Assembly: GCA_002269645.1 (NCBI GenBank)
Contig: NIVC01000939.1
Span: 487,216-551,215, forward strand
Length of the DNA stretch: 64,000 nt
Direction: 5' to 3'
Origin: Macrostomum lignano
Taxonomy: Eukaryota
Shown here in pieces: positions 60,079 through 64,000 of this stretch. Within the stretch, counting starts at the first letter, position 1. Each line of letters starts with the position of its first letter. Both the position numbers and the translations under genes were made by a program. The notes below the pieces were generated by a model. The model did not search any database and was not told the DNA's origin. It saw nothing but the letters and a program-made list of their open reading frames with translations.

Positions 60079-61444
60079 GTACCCAGTGGGACAACTAAGT
60101 GGGGCGTACAGTGGGCGGTGTGCGCCCTCGCGACCGCCTGTGAGGGCAGTCAGTAAATATTTTTATTTTCACTTTAAAATGAAGTATGATCTGATTTTTC
60201 AATGAGAAATTGTGATTTTGTAATCGTAATACTTTAATTCGCCTTAATAAGTACGATCTTCGATCTTTGAAGCATTTCCAACGCCCATAGTCAATCAGCT
60301 AACGAATTGACTGCTGCAAATATCGGCTCGGCTCAGCAGAGTCCATATAGACGCTCTCACCACTGCCTCCTCGTCGCTTTGCTCATCTGACATGTTGACA
60401 AGGGGCAGGTGGAAATGATGGCGTCTTGCTTGGCAGTTCAGCGTCTCGGTTGTATGGAATTACTTAGCGGCTAAAACTGATTAGCTTTTCTGTAAAAGGC
60501 TTAGAATTCAAACTGATTTTAAACTTGGAACTAGGTATATAGACCACTAAGTATATTCTAAGATATATACTCGAAAAAAGAAATTTTTTGCTTGTCAGTG
60601 GTAATTTTAGGCTGGGTAGAGAGAGGGGTGCAAGCTACCAATCGCAGTCCTTTGCTACCGGACGTACGAGGGGCAAAGTGCAGCTGCATATCTATTTTTT
60701 ACATGTACGAGCGATGCACACTCGCTGGAAAATAACGTACGCCTTGTGACTGTGCAGACTTGCGCAGGCTGCCCAACGTCTCTCGCCATTTATGAAATAC
60801 AGGGTTTTATCTTTTACAAGGTATGACAGAAAGGACTAAGCAAACTAAATTGCCAAACCCTCGAAACCAAGACAGCTTCAGCAACTCAAGAATCCTTTTA
60901 ACTCTTCTTAAACTCCCACTGGAGACTCTGCGTTATTGGTGTCGACACCCTGGCAACCAGCCTATAAGAGACTCTGGGGCCGCGTCACGAGGTGATAAAA
61001 AATTATTTCGAACTGAGAAACGCATTGAAAATTTGAGTATTTAAACAAATTTTACATTAACTTTTTTTACATGCAACTTCCTCAACTCCGCGAAGATAAC
61101 AGACTCCACTGGAGGACTCCATTCGATAACAATTTTGCGCGTGTTGCAGAAAATCAAGCAAAGTTCTCGTAGGCTATTCATTTAAGAGCACAGCACAAAA
61201 TTCACGATAAATAAATAATAAATCAAGTGAGTCGCGTGCCCTGGACTGAATTGCACCGCAAAAAGTATATTCGAATAATTTTGGTAAAGTAATTGCCGTG
61301 GCTTACTTTAGAGCAATAAGGACGTGATGGTCCAAAATCAATGGAGATTAGATAAGACCATCGTTTCTCTGAATAAAAGTCGCCTTAAACTCGAATAATT
61401 ATCTAATGTAGAGATTAATAAGCCTCTCCGTTACCCAGTCCAAC

Positions 61445-62877
61445 CAGCGAGTCCCTCAGTCCTCAACCTCCAGCGAGTTCCTCAGTCCTCAGCCTCCAGC
61501 GAGTCCCTCAGTCCTCAGTCCTCAACCTCCAGCGAGTCCCTCAGTCCTCAGTCCTCAACCTCCAGCGAGTCCCTCAGTCCTCAGTCCTCAACCTCCAGCG
61601 AGTCCCTCAGTCCTCAGCCTCCAGCGAGTCCCTCAGTCCTCAGCCTCCAGCGAGTCCCTCAGTCCTCAGCCTCCAGCGAGTCCCTCAGTCCTCAGCCTCC
61701 AGCGAGTCCCTCAGTCCACAGCCTCCAGCGAGTCCCTCAGTCCTCAGCCTCCAGCGAGTCCCTCAGTCCTCAGCCTCCAGCGAGTCCCTCAGTCCTCAGC
61801 CTCCAGCGAGTCCTCAGTCCTCAGCCTCCAGCGAGTCCCTCAGTCCCTCAGTCCTCAGCCTCCAGCGAGTCCCTCAGTCCTCAACTTCCAGCGAGTCCTT
61901 CAGTCCTCAGTCCTCAGCCTCCAGCGAGTCCCTCAGTCCTCAGCCTCCAGCGAGTCCCTCAGTCCTCAGCCTCCAGCGAGTCCCTCAGTCCTCAGCCTCC
62001 AGCGAGTCCCTCAGTCATCAACCCTCAGTCCTCAACCTCCAGCGAGTCCTTCAGTCCTCAACCTCCAGCGAGTCCCTCAGTCCTCAGTCCTCAACCTCCA
62101 GCGAGTCCTTCAGTCCTCAACCTCCAGCGAGTCCTTCAGTCCTCAACCTCCAGCGAGTCCTTCAGTCCTCAACCTCCAGCGAGTCCCTCAGTCCTCAGCC
62201 TCCAGCGAGTCCCTCAGTCCTCAGCCTCCAGCGAGTCCCTCAGTCCTCAGCCTCCAGCGAGTCCCTCAGTCCTCAGCCTCCAGCGAGTCCCTCAGTCCTC
62301 AGCCTCCAGCGAGTCCTCAGTCCTCAGCCTCCAGCGAGTCCCTCAGTCCCTCAGTCCTCAGCCTCCAGCGAGTCCCTCAGTCCTCAACTTCCAGCGAGTC
62401 CTTCAGTCCTCAGTCCTCAGCCTCCAGCGAGTCCCTCAGTCCTCAGCCTCCAGCGAGTCCCTCAGTCCTCAGCCTCCAGCGAGTCCCTCAGTCCTCAGCC
62501 TCCAGCGAGTCCCTCAGTCCTCAGCCTCCAGCGAGTCCCTCAGTCCTCAGCCTCCAGCGAGTCCCTCAGTCCTCAGCCTCCAGCGAGTCCCTCAGTCCTC
62601 AGCCTCCAGCGAGTCCCTCAGTCCTCAGCCTCCAGCGAGTCCCTCAGTCATCAACCCTCAGTCCTCAACCTCCAGCGAGTCCTTCAGTCCTCAACCTCCA
62701 GCGAGTCCCTCAGTCCTCAGTCCTCAACCTCCAGCGAGTCCTTCAGTCCTCAACCTCCAGCGAGTCCTTCAGTCCTCAACCTCCAGCGAGTCCTTCAGTC
62801 CTCAACCTCCAGCGAGTCCTTTAGTCCTCAACCTCCAGCGAGTCCTTCAGTCCTCAACCTCCAGCGAATCCCTCAGT
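61445..62877. repeat. 26-bp minisatellite (TCCTCAGCCTCCAGCGAGTCCCTCAG)n with higher-order duplication
   Basis: About 1.4 kb. Variant blocks at about 61800-61915 recur at about 62300-62420. Confidence 0.95.
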
Positions 62878-64000
62878 CCGATCCGCGGTGACGTGCCGCC
62901 GGCCGGGCTGTCCCGAGCGCTGCGGGGCGACCTCGGCTGGACGCCGGCCAAGTCTGGATGGGGCTCGGCCGCTTCTTCTAGCAGCTCGACCCCGCTGTCA
63001 GCGGAAGAGCGGTCCTGCGCTGCGTCGGAAACAATTCCGTATCGTCTTTCATCGGCACTTCCGGTCTGGGGCGATTGAACTCCTGGGGCGAGCTGCAAGT
63101 TCGGAGCACTGATTAGTTCAGACGGAATTCCATTGCAGACAGAGAATGGTGGCCAGGCAAATAAGTAGGGGCTTGCAGAATAGCTTACAACCCCAAGCTT
63201 TGAGCCAAAAAAGTAGAGACTCAGTGCGTACGAACATTCGTACGAGCGTGCATAAAATTCACAGAAAAATAAGAACAGACAAACAAGCCCCAGTGGAAAG
63301 ACAGGAAATACTACAGTATAAAAAGAACTGCGAACTCCCACGCCTGATGGAGCCTGATGTACACAGAGTGGGCATTCGCAATGTTAATATTGTAACGCAG
63401 AGTTTTTGCTCAGGACTCACAGGCAACTGCAGTCGGCGTGCGACAGCACTCGTCCTGACTGGGGGTTCTCCTCTGACATGCTCAAAAGCACAGCTTTGAG
63501 AATGCTTTTGCCTGCAAAATATGGTGTAAAATATGACATTAAAAAGACAAATAATTGAATAGGCACTAACTGAAGCGATTGGAGGTGCGAGTAAATCATG
63601 CTGGAAATCATGCTGAGTGCAAGCCTCAAGAATCTGTGTGTAAATTTGGACTGATATAATGAATGTTCACAACAGCCTGATGCAACGACTTTGGCTTCAT
63701 CGGGTCTCAACTACGAGCCGTAGCGGTAGTGGTATGGCAATTCTTCCCATTCCGCTGACTTTACCTGAAACTTTACCTGTACGAACTGAAGTCTGCCGAA
63801 CAATTAACTGAACTGACACATGTGCCGCTTTAATATTAAAGGCAACGCAGATGTAGCACAGTGCAAGAGTTTATATGCCTAGTATTTTAACAGGTGCGTA
63901 CAGTAAGTAGTACACTGTTCGTGTCATGCACTCGCATGTCGCACGCCCATTGCTGTGTGCTTCGAATTCAGCGTCAACATCCTTAATTAAGAGTAAGCTA

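Overview
Eukaryotic (animal) genomic DNA, not prokaryotic. GC-rich exons are split by GT-AG introns that are mostly filled with tandem repeats. The gene content (metazoan-type USP, dual-GAF PDE, atlastin, CYP2-clan P450) and this architecture suggest a flatworm such as Macrostomum; that assignment is an inference. Six protein-coding genes can be reconstructed by hand with consistent reading phase: a sacsin/NO-VEIN-like GHKL protein (+, 370-6783, 5 exons, 1311 aa), a universal stress protein (+, 10127-10990, 170 aa), atlastin (-, 19485-14795, 579 aa), a dual-GAF cyclic nucleotide phosphodiesterase (-, 36415-25709, 12 exons, 803 aa), an orphan two-TM protein (+, 45740-46888) and a cytochrome P450 (+, 52304-53923). 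Mobile elements: a MULE-type MITE with a 9-bp TSD, a hAT-type MITE with an 8-bp TSD, a tRNA-derived SINE with a 13-bp TSD, a truncated RTE-like LINE, a Tc1-like fragment and a probable Helitron-like element. About 30 distinct mini- or microsatellite arrays are present. Main leads: (1) 13 of the 16 reconstructed introns longer than 300 bp carry their own tandem array, usually abutting a splice site, and several units contain donor, recursive AG|GT or branch-point motifs; (2) the PDE keeps its metal ligands but has His in place of the invariant substrate-binding Gln; (3) repeat arrays appear to mark further unannotated exons. Most long ORFs in the supplied track are repeat artefacts. Exon boundaries were read manually and need RNA-seq confirmation.
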